Shown piece after piece: positions 13,697 to 26,600 of a stretch of DNA of 64,000 nt; the first letter of the stretch is position 1; every line of letters begins with the position of its first letter. The notes beneath the pieces are model-generated. The model did not search any database. It saw only the letters and a list, made by a program, of their open reading frames with translations, and was not told where the DNA came from. Source of the stretch: Lepidodermella squamata (Eukaryota; Animalia; Gastrotricha). Location of the stretch: contig JBLDXI010000009.1 in the NCBI GenBank assembly GCA_047495785.1, forward strand, positions 4,092,001-4,156,000, read 5' to 3'. The translations under genes were made by a program, and so were the position numbers.

Positions 13697-14079
13697 TGCA
13701 AAGTGCGAAAATCGAGTACCGTGAACGCTCAATTAAACCAAAAAGCTACTATAATGAGCATCGGGGATATCGTTGCCTGCATTGACAGCTGAGTGATCTA
13801 TAGACGCTAGAACGGTGTTGAAAGCTAAATCGCCATGCCTGATAACCATTTCGTAACTGCACAAAAAAGAAAACTGTTATGCTCTACGTATTTACTTATC
13901 AAGAATAAGTTGTTCAGTGCGCTCTGGAGTAATGAAAATCCGGCTCTCTTTTGACGTGTGGAAAAATAAACAATATTATTGGATTTGATGTGATGCATCC
14001 CAGAAAGTAACACTTGGAATTACTCTGATAGATGAAAGATAATATTTTTATTGAACAAAATTGGGATATCTCGAGAAAA

Positions 14080-17073
14080 TCAAAAACCTATTTTAATCGA
14101 AAACTCATCGCCAATGTTAGGCTGAATTTTGGTGAACGAAATCGCATAGCTTTGCGAAGTTGCATTGTAAACACCCACTGCTTGCATATTTGGTTTGTTT
14201 GTACACATAACTGTCAGTGATTTGGGTGGCGAAGGTAAGGCGAAAACATTGACAGCACGATATCCCAAGGCCGCGCCTAAATTTGCATCATTCGAGGCGT
14301 GATCGACTGCTGCAGTCAATGTAACATTCGGACCTCCAACGTCTCGATTGAAGGTGTATGAGATCAGCCAATAGTTCCCGGTTTGCAGGGTCCCATCTGA
14401 TTCACCGTCATCCCAAAACAGAGTTCCCGAGGCTTTCCAGTCGCAGCCAGGTAAGACATCAAGCCAAAGCGGCATTTGTCGCCTTTGAACGTTGATGAAA
14501 GATGAAATTAAGCAATTAAATTAATTGAATTAGTCTTACGTAAACTTTGTTGCTACATAATTGCCGTCATTAATATCTTGCATCGGCAGAATCGATCCTC
14601 CTCGTTGTAAATAAGTGGTATCATTGAAGGTAAATTTTTGACCGGATGGATTGTTGCAGATTCCAATAGGCGGCTGATCCGGTCGCATCTTATCCAACCA
14701 AATACCCTGAGGCAAATCAGCTACGACTTGGTTAATAAACTCGTGAACGATTGGGACGACCATGATTGACGCCCCTAACATGAATTTGTCGTCAACATCA
14801 GTAAGAGCTGGGAATTCAAAGAACAGCGGCCTTGCTACGGTGGATCCATCAGCATTGGCCCAATAAAAAAGGGTGTACATATACGGTAGCAAATGATAGC
14901 GATGAGTCATGTAAATTCTCGAAGTCTCAGCTACGTCAGGCCCGAAATAGGCAGGATCTTGGTCGTGGGTATCGAATGTATTGTGATTCCGGCTGAATGG
15001 GTAAAATGCTCCCAGTTGCATCCAACGCTTGCATAATGCAGCGGTTGAATTGAGCATGAATCCACAGATGTCAGGGCCAGTATGGGCTATTCCGAATAGG
15101 GACATTTCTAACATGCCTGTTATAGACCGGCGAAGATCGATCCAGGTTGCGGCGTTATCTCCTAACCAATGAGAAACGATGCGGCCACTGCCTGCGAAAG
15201 TCGATCTGGACAGAACAAAAGGCCTCTTCCCAGGATGGGCCAATTTTAGCGCTTCAACTGTGACGAAACTTTCAGTCCAGCCGTATAGACTATGGACGTC
15301 ATAATGCCGATACTTTCCATTAACGTGTCGCGCTTCCATGCAGATAGTCTTGTCCCCCATTCTCGCAGGTCGAATTATTGGAACATCAAAAATGCTTATA
15401 CTATAAGTTCGGTACGGTGGGTCGTCATACTCGCTTTTCGGGCATTGCAACGCAAAATCTTCCTTGGTGTTGGTGCCGAAATTGGAAGGCTCATTCATAT
15501 CAATCCAAACGCCGTCAAACGGTAAGCGTTTTGAATGCCGAACTAACAGGTCTTGCCAAACCTCAGCAGTTTCTGAGCGGAAGAAATCGGGGAAGGCAGC
15601 ATAACCTTGCGGCCAGACGTGGCCAAACATTACTGAACCATTGGGCCACTTGGTGAAAGTGTCATTTCCCATAAGAAGCTTCCATGGTTCGTAGTTATTT
15701 GTTTGCTCGATAGCGGGATCCTAGAAAAGTTTCTGAAGCTTTGATGTAATCGTAAGGTTTTCAGAACTAACCACAATGATAATGGAACGAAGTCCATGCG
15801 ACTCTCTTTCACTGGAGAAGAAATCCGGTAGCCCCGCAAAATTGACTGGGTCGTAAGTGAAGTCTTTCCGACCATCCATATGATCGATATCAGCATAAAT
15901 TCCATCAAGGGGTATCTTGTACTGACGGGTTCTATTAATTACAACTTGCATGTGCGTCAGATTGTTGTAGCCCCAACGAGACAGTTGGAACCCGAGTGCC
16001 CAATAAGGCGGCATATACGGCCGGCCAACGAATGCAGTATGCTGCCTGATTACATCACCTGCAGTTGGTCCGGTATAGAGGTGGAAGTCGAATATACCTC
16101 CTATAGTCCGAATGACTATGGTACCAGACCCGTTGTAGCCTGGCTGCAAGGCATACTCTGCAAAAATCAAATTATGTGGTGTTATAATTGAATTAGCCGA
16201 CCATACCCATGGCATTCGAGTTCATCAGGAAAACGCCGTGAGAATTTCCGTCGTTTTCGAGGACGAGGTACATAGGATGGACACCATAAAGTGGGAATCC
16301 CAATCCATCTATCGGCAACCCAGGTGGTTGGTCACGAGCAAACATTGGCCATGTCTGATCACCAAAGTCAAAGCAAGCGTGTTTTTAGTCAAGTTTTTAA
16401 TCCATACCTGGTAATTGAACTCATGTTTGAAGTAAGGATGCTCATGCTCCCCGATTCCATATAAATTAGTCGAAGGCAGTTTGGTTGTTATTTGAAGAAA
16501 TCGGTTGGAAAATACAAATCCACCGAGAGACGTGTCAAACAAGACAGTCCCTGAAGATTTTCGAACAATTTTTACTGAAAATGGAGTCTGCTTGATTTGA
16601 ATGTCGAAATCAGCGCTAGCGAGCGATGCGGATTCCGATGGCGTAAAATCCGTCCTGAAAGGAACTTCATAACGCTGCTTACCAGCGTCTTCAAACTTGA
16701 ATTGAAGATGATAATCCTCAAGGATTTTAGCGGTGAATACGACATTCTGAATAGCAGTGTCGAAAATTGTCGCGTTAGAAAGGGGAACCAGAGCGGCATA
16801 GACTGCGAATCCATTGCAATTCGTGCACATGTAAACGCCCTTGTAACCCACAGAATCAGGCGGCATAAAACATGGTGACACCCTGTGGTCACCTCCAGTA
16901 TCAGGGTCGTATGAGCAGCCTCTGCTCACGCATTGCGCCTCAGTAACAGTCCACCTAAAACGAGGACTTCCATTTTGCTCCGGAAAACAGTTGATGCGTG
17001 AAAATATAGGCGGCGATTGAGTGGTAGCAATCGAAAATACGCTAAGTAGTAACCATACCCCTAATTTGTCCAT
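14080..17073 (-). CDS. Glycoside hydrolase family 31 alpha-glucosidase (maltase-glucoamylase/GAA-like) with N-terminal trefoil domain
   Basis: Signal peptide, trefoil-type Cys pattern, [20 protein letters not shown], catalytic WIDMNEP and HWLGDN motifs, [25 protein letters not shown]; split by short introns. Confidence 0.95.
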
Positions 17074-17139
17074 GATGTTTCAGTGCATAAAGCTTGTAAA
17101 TGGAGAACGCCATGATATAATTCGGCCATACCTGGGTAA

Positions 17140-17325
17140 ATTTGAGATAAGAGCCTTAGAACAGCGTCCGGTCCCGGAATAAGCTTATCAAGACAGCCGA
17201 ACTTGATTTCACTCGTTTCTTGAACTCAAACAGAAAGGTCAGTCTTAAAGATAACGCACATCAATGTTAAATTTTATTTTCCTTGTATTTGACATCGACA
17301 GCAGAAAAACAATAAAATTATCAGA
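17140..17325. promoter_or_regulatory. Cluster of WGATAA sites upstream of the GH31 gene
   Basis: Four GATA motifs (AGATAA twice, TTATCA twice) within about 250 bp of the ATG; fits gut expression, but the DNA is AT-rich so chance is possible. Confidence 0.25.
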
Positions 17326-17674
17326 AATGTTGGCAACAGCTTCGCGAGTATCATGCAAAATAATATCAGATTTTCATTCCGGTTTATTTAGAGTTTACTG
17401 AAATCACGCAAAAATATTATTCACAGCATGCAGGCCCAATAAGGGTTTTGATATAAAGACAACTGGGTTTGTCGGTAAAACTAAAAAAGGAGTTGTATAA
17501 GCTACACATAAAATAAGATATTTAGCATGCGTTTAGAACAGCCAATTCGGAAGACGCACGAAACTCATCATAGCTCATTATTATAAAGCAACAATTTCTG
17601 GACTAAGAAATCAAATAAAAAAAATCACGAATGACGGGAATGAAGAGAGCATTGGAATGATTTGCGTAAGTCAC

Positions 17675-20600
17675 TTAATCATCAAGACTGCAAAGTGCAG
17701 CGACTCCGCGCACTATCCAGTGCCTTGAATCCTGATCAGTCGGGAAACTGATTGCCAGTACGTAGTTTGTGGAATGGCCAGTTGTTGACAAAGTACCACG
17801 GCGCGCCGATGTCTTGTAAACGGGGCAGGTGTAAGATGGTTTTGGCACAATTTCAGAAGCTATGGTCGGTTTCAATAGAATGGTCGGAACTGGGTCGAAC
17901 AGCACTTTCGGCAATGACTCGGCTAATTGCATGGCATTACGATCAAACCTCGCGCCTTCGAGAAAGATTCCGGTAACTAAGGCGCCATCTTCTGGCCTAT
18001 CCAAGCCGCAGGTTGACAACTCAGTCGGACCACATAGGGTGGTTGTAAGGATAAAATCGAACGTCAACTGGTTGATAGGAACCTGGTGGCGACGGGCGTA
18101 GTTCTGCAAAACGCCGGTCAAGAAGGATTGGGTGAAGTAGAAACCTGACAGCCAGAAAACTGGCGGTGGGCCATGCTCAATCCAATCCGAAAAGAATTTA
18201 AGCCTCAATAGCAGGTCAGCGACATAGGATCCCAGGGGCTTCAGAGATGGGTAAGATTTCGAAGCCCATAAGGTAGGCACACGACCAGCGAGTAGGGAGC
18301 CGAAAACTTCGTCGAGCTCAGAAGACATTACCACAAGACCTTTAATAGCCTTGGTCAAGCTTTGCAGGGATGAGCGAACCACCTTTGTCAGGCGATTAAA
18401 TCGGAACAGCTCTTGGCGAAGGACAGTGTTCATCGACTCAAGCCTAACTACAGGGTACTTCTTCATAACAGAAGCTACGTCGAAATCAGCCGGTAGCTTT
18501 GCGATAATATCATTCGCCAAATCGCTGACTGAATCAGCCGCGGATTTCCCGCCGGAACCTGAACCTGAACCAGCTGTTCTAGGCAGGGTGAGCAGAACCC
18601 CGGCGAATAGGTCTCGCGTTTCAGCCGCGTCTTTGGTAATATCTGCGTTATCATGCAGGCCAAAAACCTCAGGGGTTGGATTGAGAGGCAAAGCTCTGAT
18701 GTATTCTACATACGACTGATATGGGCCCTCCTTAGGCGCATAGTAATGGCCGCTTGGCGAGAATCTGTAAGCGTCATTATCGACTACGTCCTTATTGATG
18801 TACAGAGAAAGAATGTTCATCAAAGATCTGCGATCTTTGTCATCAGTTACACGACCACCATAATTACATTCTCCGATGAGATAAGTCAAAGCTGGTAACT
18901 GGAGTTCCTCGTAATCATTCAAGAACATAATAGTTTGCTTCAACGAGATACGTAAATCACTCTCGTTGAATTCGTAAGGGATGTTCCAACCTAATGGTCC
19001 GAACTTACGCCGCTCCTGAACAATGGCGTGGAAGAAGCAAAGACCGAACAACATCTTATGCCAACGAGGGCCGGTTTTACAGCTGTTGAAGAAAGCTGGG
19101 TCGGAAACAGGGTCATTCATGTACGACCGTAAAAGGTTCATTCTCAACCCTTTAGGAGGTTCATTCGTCATTTTCACTCCGTTCTGAAGTACTGATACAG
19201 GGAACTCATCTGACGGGTAGGATGTTAGCCACAACCTGAAATCTGGATGGGTCTTCTCAGGCACGATGACTTCCTCGCAAATGTACTCAAGCTTAGGCAT
19301 CCAAGATGTCGCCAAGTGGCAATTTTGAAGAACTACCCAATGCCCGTTTTGGGTCGCATCTTCAATCAACTTGGCTGCAACTGGACCTTGACCCTGCCCT
19401 AAAGAGATACTGCTCATCTTCGAAGTAGCGTAACCCTTATCAGTCGCAAATCGAAGTAGAGCTGCCATAGGGTCGGCACCAGGCGATAAGACGAAAATCA
19501 GCGGCGAGCAACAATTTGAGTCGGAAAATGAGCCCGGTAAATCGAAGGTAGGAGGTTCGATAAACTGAGGCCCTATCGCCTTAGAAATGAACATTTGAAC
19601 GGCTGGAACCATTTTGTCTGGTCTGAAGCATCTTAGAACCACCAGATGTTGCAAGGGTCCCAAATTATCGAATGGTTTCGGGTATTCTGCTGACTGAGGG
19701 GTGACGTTATCGTAGACACTTCTTCTCCAGGTATCAGGGTCTTTTTCCACAGATTGACGGAAATTAGCTAAACCGAACAAATCTGAAGCTCGGACAATTT
19801 CAGACCAAGATTTGTCGGAAAGCCATTCCTTAGCTGGATTAGGGTGAGGATTGTCTAAGGCCACGCCTCCAGTCAACAAGAATCTCCAAACGCTTTCTTC
19901 AACCTGTTTCCTACCCCTCATGATTCCAACGCAAAGTAGCAGAGAGAAAAGAAGTTTATCCTTCTCGAATAAAGACCTGCAAACATTGCGATAGATCGAT
20001 AGGGTGAAGTGGTCATTCAAAGTGTCAATGCGTGTCTCCAGAACGGCTGATTTTGTCGATTTCTCAATCGACTGATTGTAGAGAGATACGAACCAAATCA
20101 ACGAATACTGGTACATAGGTTCAAGATTCGCTAGATCCGAAATTGTAAAGAATAGCAAGGCTGAATGCCTAGCTACTGGTGTGTAGCCATTTCTAGCGTC
20201 ATCAATCATCTTAGCCGTAGCTGCTGCGATTTCCTCCTTAGCTTGGATTTCCTCGGAAAGGGTCTTGGAGGACGATAACACGTTAATAGCCGTTTCGTCC
20301 TCCAAAATGTTACCCTGGCTCGAGGATAAAACTTCAAGAATCTTGTCTTCAATTTCCTTTAACCGCCTCTTATTCTCAGCTGATTCTACAATCAATTGGT
20401 TCTTCTTCTCCTCAAGTTCTGGCCTTTCCTTAGCGACTACAATGCCAAGTAACTGATCTTCCAAGCCCTGAGGCGTGATCATGAAGTTGATCAAGCACAC
20501 CTTAACAGCCACCTCAGGCAGGTAATGAGGGTTACGAAGCCTGGTGGTAATGTAGAGCCGGAAATCACGTGAATATTCAATCACGTTATCGCCAAACTTG

Positions 20601-23600
20601 ATGTACTCAACACCTTGTTGTTTGAACACGGCTTTAAGGAGGACGGATTCGAGAACTGGGTCCAGCTCTTCGCCAACGTTTTCCATAAGGCAGGGTTGAC
20701 CGAACTGGATACAATTCTCGAGAATTCGGGTGTAGTTAGGATCCGAAAGTTTGACCACTTGCAAATGGTTATTTTTCTCCATGTTTTTGATCCACTTATT
20801 AGCTTGGCCCTAAAAACGAAAAAATAAGAACATGAAAATTGAAAAATCGAAATAAAAATGTTAATTTTACATTGAAAATTCAAATTTAAAATTTTGACAA
20901 TTTGAACAATTGAATTTTGAAATTTCAAAATGTCAAAAATGCATATTTTGAAAATTTTAAATTTCAATAAATTTCAAAAATTGAAATTTTGAACATTTTA
21001 TAATTCCAATTGTAATTTTAGGTTGAATCACTTACTTGAGGGTCGATCATTAGAGGCCACCGGCGGCTGTTCTTGATGACAATGCCATTATCAACACTGA
21101 ACGCATCGACCGGCAAGCCAGCAATATTCCACGACCGAATTTGAACCGCATCTCCCAGCGTCTGGCTAACAGAAAACGGTTCTGAAACCGGAATATTCGC
21201 CGCCGCTGTTTTGCGCTGCCAATCGTGGACGCACTCGTTACGGAAATCGACCGTAAACGCGCCTAAATAGGCAATAACCGCCGCCGAGATCAACACATCG
21301 CCGGTACAGTTCGAATATTTCTCGCCGAGAATTCGCGCCTCTTCCGTCCAACGCGTTTTCTCACCGCCCAAACCACCGATAAGCCGTTCGGCACGGTCTA
21401 GCTTCTTGCGGCAAAGTTCGATTTGCTCCTCCAACTCGGCTTTTTTCGCTGTATTTCGCTCGAATTCAGCGTTCAAATCAGCCAATTTGTCTAGAAGCTG
21501 CTGTAGTACGGCTCGTTTTTCCTGTAATTTAGCCTGAGCCACCTTAAATTCAGCCTCGGCTTTGGCTAATTTCTCCTTTTTCGGGGCAACAACCCTCGCG
21601 ACTTTATCGTAGGTATCCATAGCTCGGACCCACTTGCAAAGACCCTCGCAGGCCGTAGATGCGTTTTTGACGACTTCAGGGTCGAAATCTGGGTTCGGAA
21701 TGAATTTCTGCCGGATTCTTTGGATGAAGGGCGGCGAAATATTGTCCTTGTCATATTGCTTGAGTTTATCCAGCAATTTTACATCGCCGAGTAATTTCAG
21801 CGAAACTGACCAGTAGTCTTCAATCATTTTACCCGAAGCCGGGTCAGGTTTTCGCTCGGGTTTTATACCGAACAGCACGCAAACCGCCTCAAGGACCAAC
21901 TTCACGGTACCAGGTGGGTTTTTCATCGTTTTAACCACGGCAATATCGGCGGGTTTTAGGGTGTTCAAAGCGTTGATAGCCGCTTCTAACGCGGGTATAG
22001 CCTCGGCTAGATCGGCCTCGCATTCGGTTTTGATGGCCTGAGCAGCGGCCGAGGCTTCATTAGCCTCGCGTTCGTCGATGGCGACGATTTCTTTCTTCGC
22101 CTCAACTTCGACCGTATCTTGCTCGATGCGGATCATGAGCGCCTCGGTTGCGCGGCTAGTTTCAACGAGTTGCGGCTGCAGGTCGTGCAACTCGACTTGC
22201 ATAATGGCGATTTGACTCGCGGCAAAATCAAGTTTCTCGAGACCCGTCAGGTACCTAAAAATCAAGAAAAATCAGCTCATAATCCTGAATTCAAAAAATT
22301 TGAAATTTTGAAAAATATATAAAAATTAAAACATTTTTTTTTCAATTTTTAAAAAAATATTAAAAATTTTCATTACAAATGTGAGTCAAAATAATAATAA
22401 TTTTAAAAAATTGCCAAGAAAATTAATTTTCTCATAACTGGGTCATAATTCAATAAATTTGAAATATTTTTACCTTTGTCTCATGGTAGTCAATTCGTTC
22501 CGCTTTCTTCCCAAAAGCGTTTTGAAGGTCATAATCAGTTCCAAATAGCTAGTCGGCGTCACGTAATTTTTGCGACCAAGCGCGCTGTAGTATTTCTCGG
22601 ATAACAGTCGAACCGATTCGTGGAAATACTTGCACAACGACGTGATAGCCTCTCGCTGCGAATCCTCCAGCTCAACGTCCTCGAAAAAGCGATGCGCAAC
22701 CATTTCCAAGGCATCTTCCGGCCACGGTTGGAACCAATCAATTGTACAACAATTAATCAAAGACGGGAACTGGCGAAGTCGATTTCGGAAGGAATCACCG
22801 ATGGGCGACATAGCCAGGACAATGTGCAAATTTCGCCTAACTCGCTCGATGAAGTAGTTGTACAGCGCCATGGGTAAAGCGTCGATTTTACGATTTTCTT
22901 GCTTAGCTGCTTGTTGCATCTTATCGCAAATTTCAGCTCGCTCATCACCTGAAAAAATTCAAAATCAGAAAAATTAAATATTTCAAGGTGTGAATTTGAG
23001 AACAAATTCTAAAAATTTACCGTAAAATGTGTCCCAAAAATAGTGAATTTCAATTTTCAAATTTTCAAATTAAATATTACTCAAATTCCCATGTTTCGAA
23101 TTTTCAAAAAAAAAATGAAAAATTTAATTAAAACTAAAACTCATTCAACTCGTGAAATCTCGTCTCCACTCGCCTAAAGGCTCGCTCCGACTCGATTTCA
23201 CTCGTTTCATTCGTTTTACTCGATCTATATTTCGTGCTACTCGAAAATATAGACTCCTACTCATACTATATCATACAAATATGAAAAGGTTGGGAAATTC
23301 CCGCTCGTTTGCTCACCTGCGAATAAATTCGGCAAATCGCCGGTGTTCAAAATCATGCCAACATCTTCCATGTTCGATTCGTCCTTGATCTGAGTATCAG
23401 CGAAGAAAAACACCGTCGGCCGACCTGTCATACCCGCTTTTCTCAGCAGCCGCTTCATATCTTCCCTCCAGTCGTTTTTCGAGTAAGACTTCGACATTTC
23501 AATCTGGAACAAATCGTAATCAGCCATGAAAGCGGCCAATCTCGCGGCCGACTGCCGGCCCGACCCGCCGACGCCGACAAGTAGAGCATGGCCGTTGTCC

Positions 23601-26600
23601 TGTTTCAGGACACGGGCGACTCGGCTGACGTGTTCGATGGCGAATTTGAACATGACAAGGCGCATGGGCGTTTTGCTCATCTGGTTGTAGTCTTCCAGGT
23701 AGCGCTCGAAGACTTTTGTCATGTCGCGAACGTCCGGCACTTCGTCGTACAGTTTTTTCTCGCCTGTGTGATAGTCACCGAACATGAGACCGCGAACGTC
23801 ATCGTCGATAACGCGGCCTGATCGCGACAGGTGGCTCAATACCTTGTCGATACTCAATCTGGATTCGGAAAAATGGCACAACAGGTGAAAATCGCGCAAA
23901 TTAGGCTTAGAAACTCAAGATGTGATTTTTTAGCAAATAATTGTTCAGTGATAGCATACGCTGTAATGCGTGAAAATTTACGATATTTTAAGTTTGCCTC
24001 GGAATTTAACCGTTTGCAACCGCATCGTATTCAAAGAACTCACGAAACAAAAATATTTCCAGGTGATATTAAGGTGAGATCTAGTCAAATAATCTAGTAT
24101 CTTCAAAGTAGATATTGTTATTCCGTTCTTGCTACCTTCCAAACAGTTTACCATCTGCCCCTCGTTTTAATTTGACAGAGTTTGAAAAAATATGTAATAT
24201 TTTCTCAACTCTGCTTCCAAACTAGAGAAGATACGCGAATGAAGAGAAAATATAAAAATTGACCAGGATTCTAACACTTCAATTTTTAGGAAAGTTTGGA
24301 GCCATACTGCACACTGCGCTAAATTTGCGCATATTAAAGATCGAGATGCCAAGAAAGAATTTTCCCTCAACGTCACAATTTTGCAGGGACTTATTTTTAC
24401 AATTATTATTATTATCATAAAGAGCGCAGCTTACGCATTAGCGCCCTGAGGAAACACTAACAAAGGCGGAGAATACATACCTTAGACACAAATTATAATT
24501 CGCAGATGGTTAATTAAGAGATCTAAGACTTTTCGACCCCCACCTACTAGTCTACTACCTTAAATAACAGTTTCAGAAGAAATATTCAATATTTTCTAAT
24601 ATGTATCTAATATGTTGTTATTAAATTGGAGATATCAGAAAAAGAAGAAAACTTGAAGATTGAAGGAACGACAAATAATAAAACAGGGTAATTGCATTAT
24701 TTATAAATTGAGGTAGATATGTCCACAAATTGCTTGTCGACGCTCAGCGCTATTCAAGCTCGGAAATTTTTTATAATTCAAACAAATAAATTTAAAAGCT
24801 AAAAGCATCAAACGTTCCAAATGTCATTTTCTCGACAATCTGCTAGTTTTATCAGCAACTATCAGACTTGGCTAGTTCTCAAGCACGACGAGCATTCTTT
24901 GCAAAAGCTTCCAAGGCATAATTAAAACAAAAAATATGCGTTCGGTGATCAAGTGATTGTTTTCGAACAGCACAAAGCAAGTGACATCGTCAACACGAAC
25001 TATTCATTTCCCCAAGCAAATTTAAAAATTACTTTCATGAACGAAAAATCGCATTAAAAATCAATTTGCCGAGCTGTAAAATTGTTGATAATAAAATTAA
25101 AATGAAGATAAAAATTGCAAAAGTCTAGGAACTACTAGAAACAAAAGTTCATCCCAAAGTCAATTAAAATTTACCCTGGACTAGGTTACATAAAAACGAT
25201 TCGAAATGTATAATTACATGAAAATAACCGGGGTTTATATACCTGAAATTGTGTTGACACTCGTCTTTGACCAAGGTGAAAAAAGTTTGCCGATCTTTGT
25301 CATCGGTCAACCGGTCGTAAAACACTCGATAGACCTCATGAATCCACAGCCTAATGAGCTTCTCCTGCTCAGAACCCAATTGAGCCGGGCCCGCAAGCAA
25401 ACAGCCTCGAACAACGCGCGAAAAGTCTCGCAAATTGAAAACATAATGCGACTTGGTAGGCGTGGGTAAGAATTTAAGAACAGCCGTTTTATACACGGCC
25501 AGCGTCGCGGCGACCAGCATGCGGCCCGACCGCGCAAACGTCGAATCGAAGCCCTTCTTCGCGAAATGCCAATCGGTGATGGTCGAAAAAATGCGCGTCA
25601 TTGTCGTGTCGTCGAATTCATCGATTGAAATGCAGTTGAAATGACGCGTCAACCGGCTGGTTATCTCATTTCGGCCACCCCCAGGCGGTCCCATAGCCGT
25701 GATTAACAGCACGTCCTGGAGGAAAATTTTCGATGTGTCCTTCTTATCGTACCAATGGCCGTGGTCTAGCCACTGCCGGAGTAGTTCGATCGGCGGCTGG
25801 GCGCCCCATTTCTCCTTAGCCGGCATGTTCAAATCGTCGATGAATGTGATGGTTTTCTTACCCAGGGGTGGGCCGTAGACACCCTTACGGCGACGGTCTA
25901 ATTTAGACATGATTATATCCTGAGTTTGAGATGCAGTCGTTCGAGCCGAGAAATTGATTGTGTTTATCACAAAACTTTCTCTAGGCATTCGCATCAGAGA
26001 TGATAGGGTGATTTCCGATTTACCCGTACCAGTCGGGCCGACAATCATGAATGGAATGTTATTTTCGATGTAGACATTCAGGAAGAACATCTGCCGGGCT
26101 GTTTCAGCGGTTGGCACGATTAAATCGTTGAATTTAGCGTCGGCGGGGAAGGTTGGCGCTTGGATGGTTTCCGTCCAGTCTGTCCAAACGCCGGCGCCTT
26201 TCTTCTCGAAGATGAAATCGTAGATTGTGCCGCGTTCTGGGAACACGTTGCTCTTGTTCATTTTGCAGCTTTTCGGCTTTGGATACGTGTTGTCGAGCCC
26301 GTTGATTAGATTGCGGAAGTAGACATCGAATTTCTTGCGAGATTCCATTAGCAGCATGCCGCTTACTGTCCACGTCAACGCGAATAGGAAAAGGCCTTGA
26401 AGCCAAAGGGTAATCTGAAAAAAATTAAAAATTGTTAAAATGAGGACGTTAAAAACTAAAAAAATGGAACGGGCTACAAAAATTACACAAACTTAAGGAG
26501 GCTATGACAAAAAACCAGTTTCAATTCCGAATTATTCTAAAATTCGCGGCAAATTGCGAACTCGACGAATTCATACCTTAGACACAAATCAAGGTACCCA

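Noticed and set aside
24416-24511. Alternative readings of the intronic repeat as a snoRNA, hammerhead ribozyme or cassette exon
   Set aside because: No C/D boxes or terminal ACA on the host-sense strand; CTGAGGAAAC on the plus strand lacks a complete hammerhead core and is lost in copy 3; no conserved AG acceptor precedes the 31-nt segment
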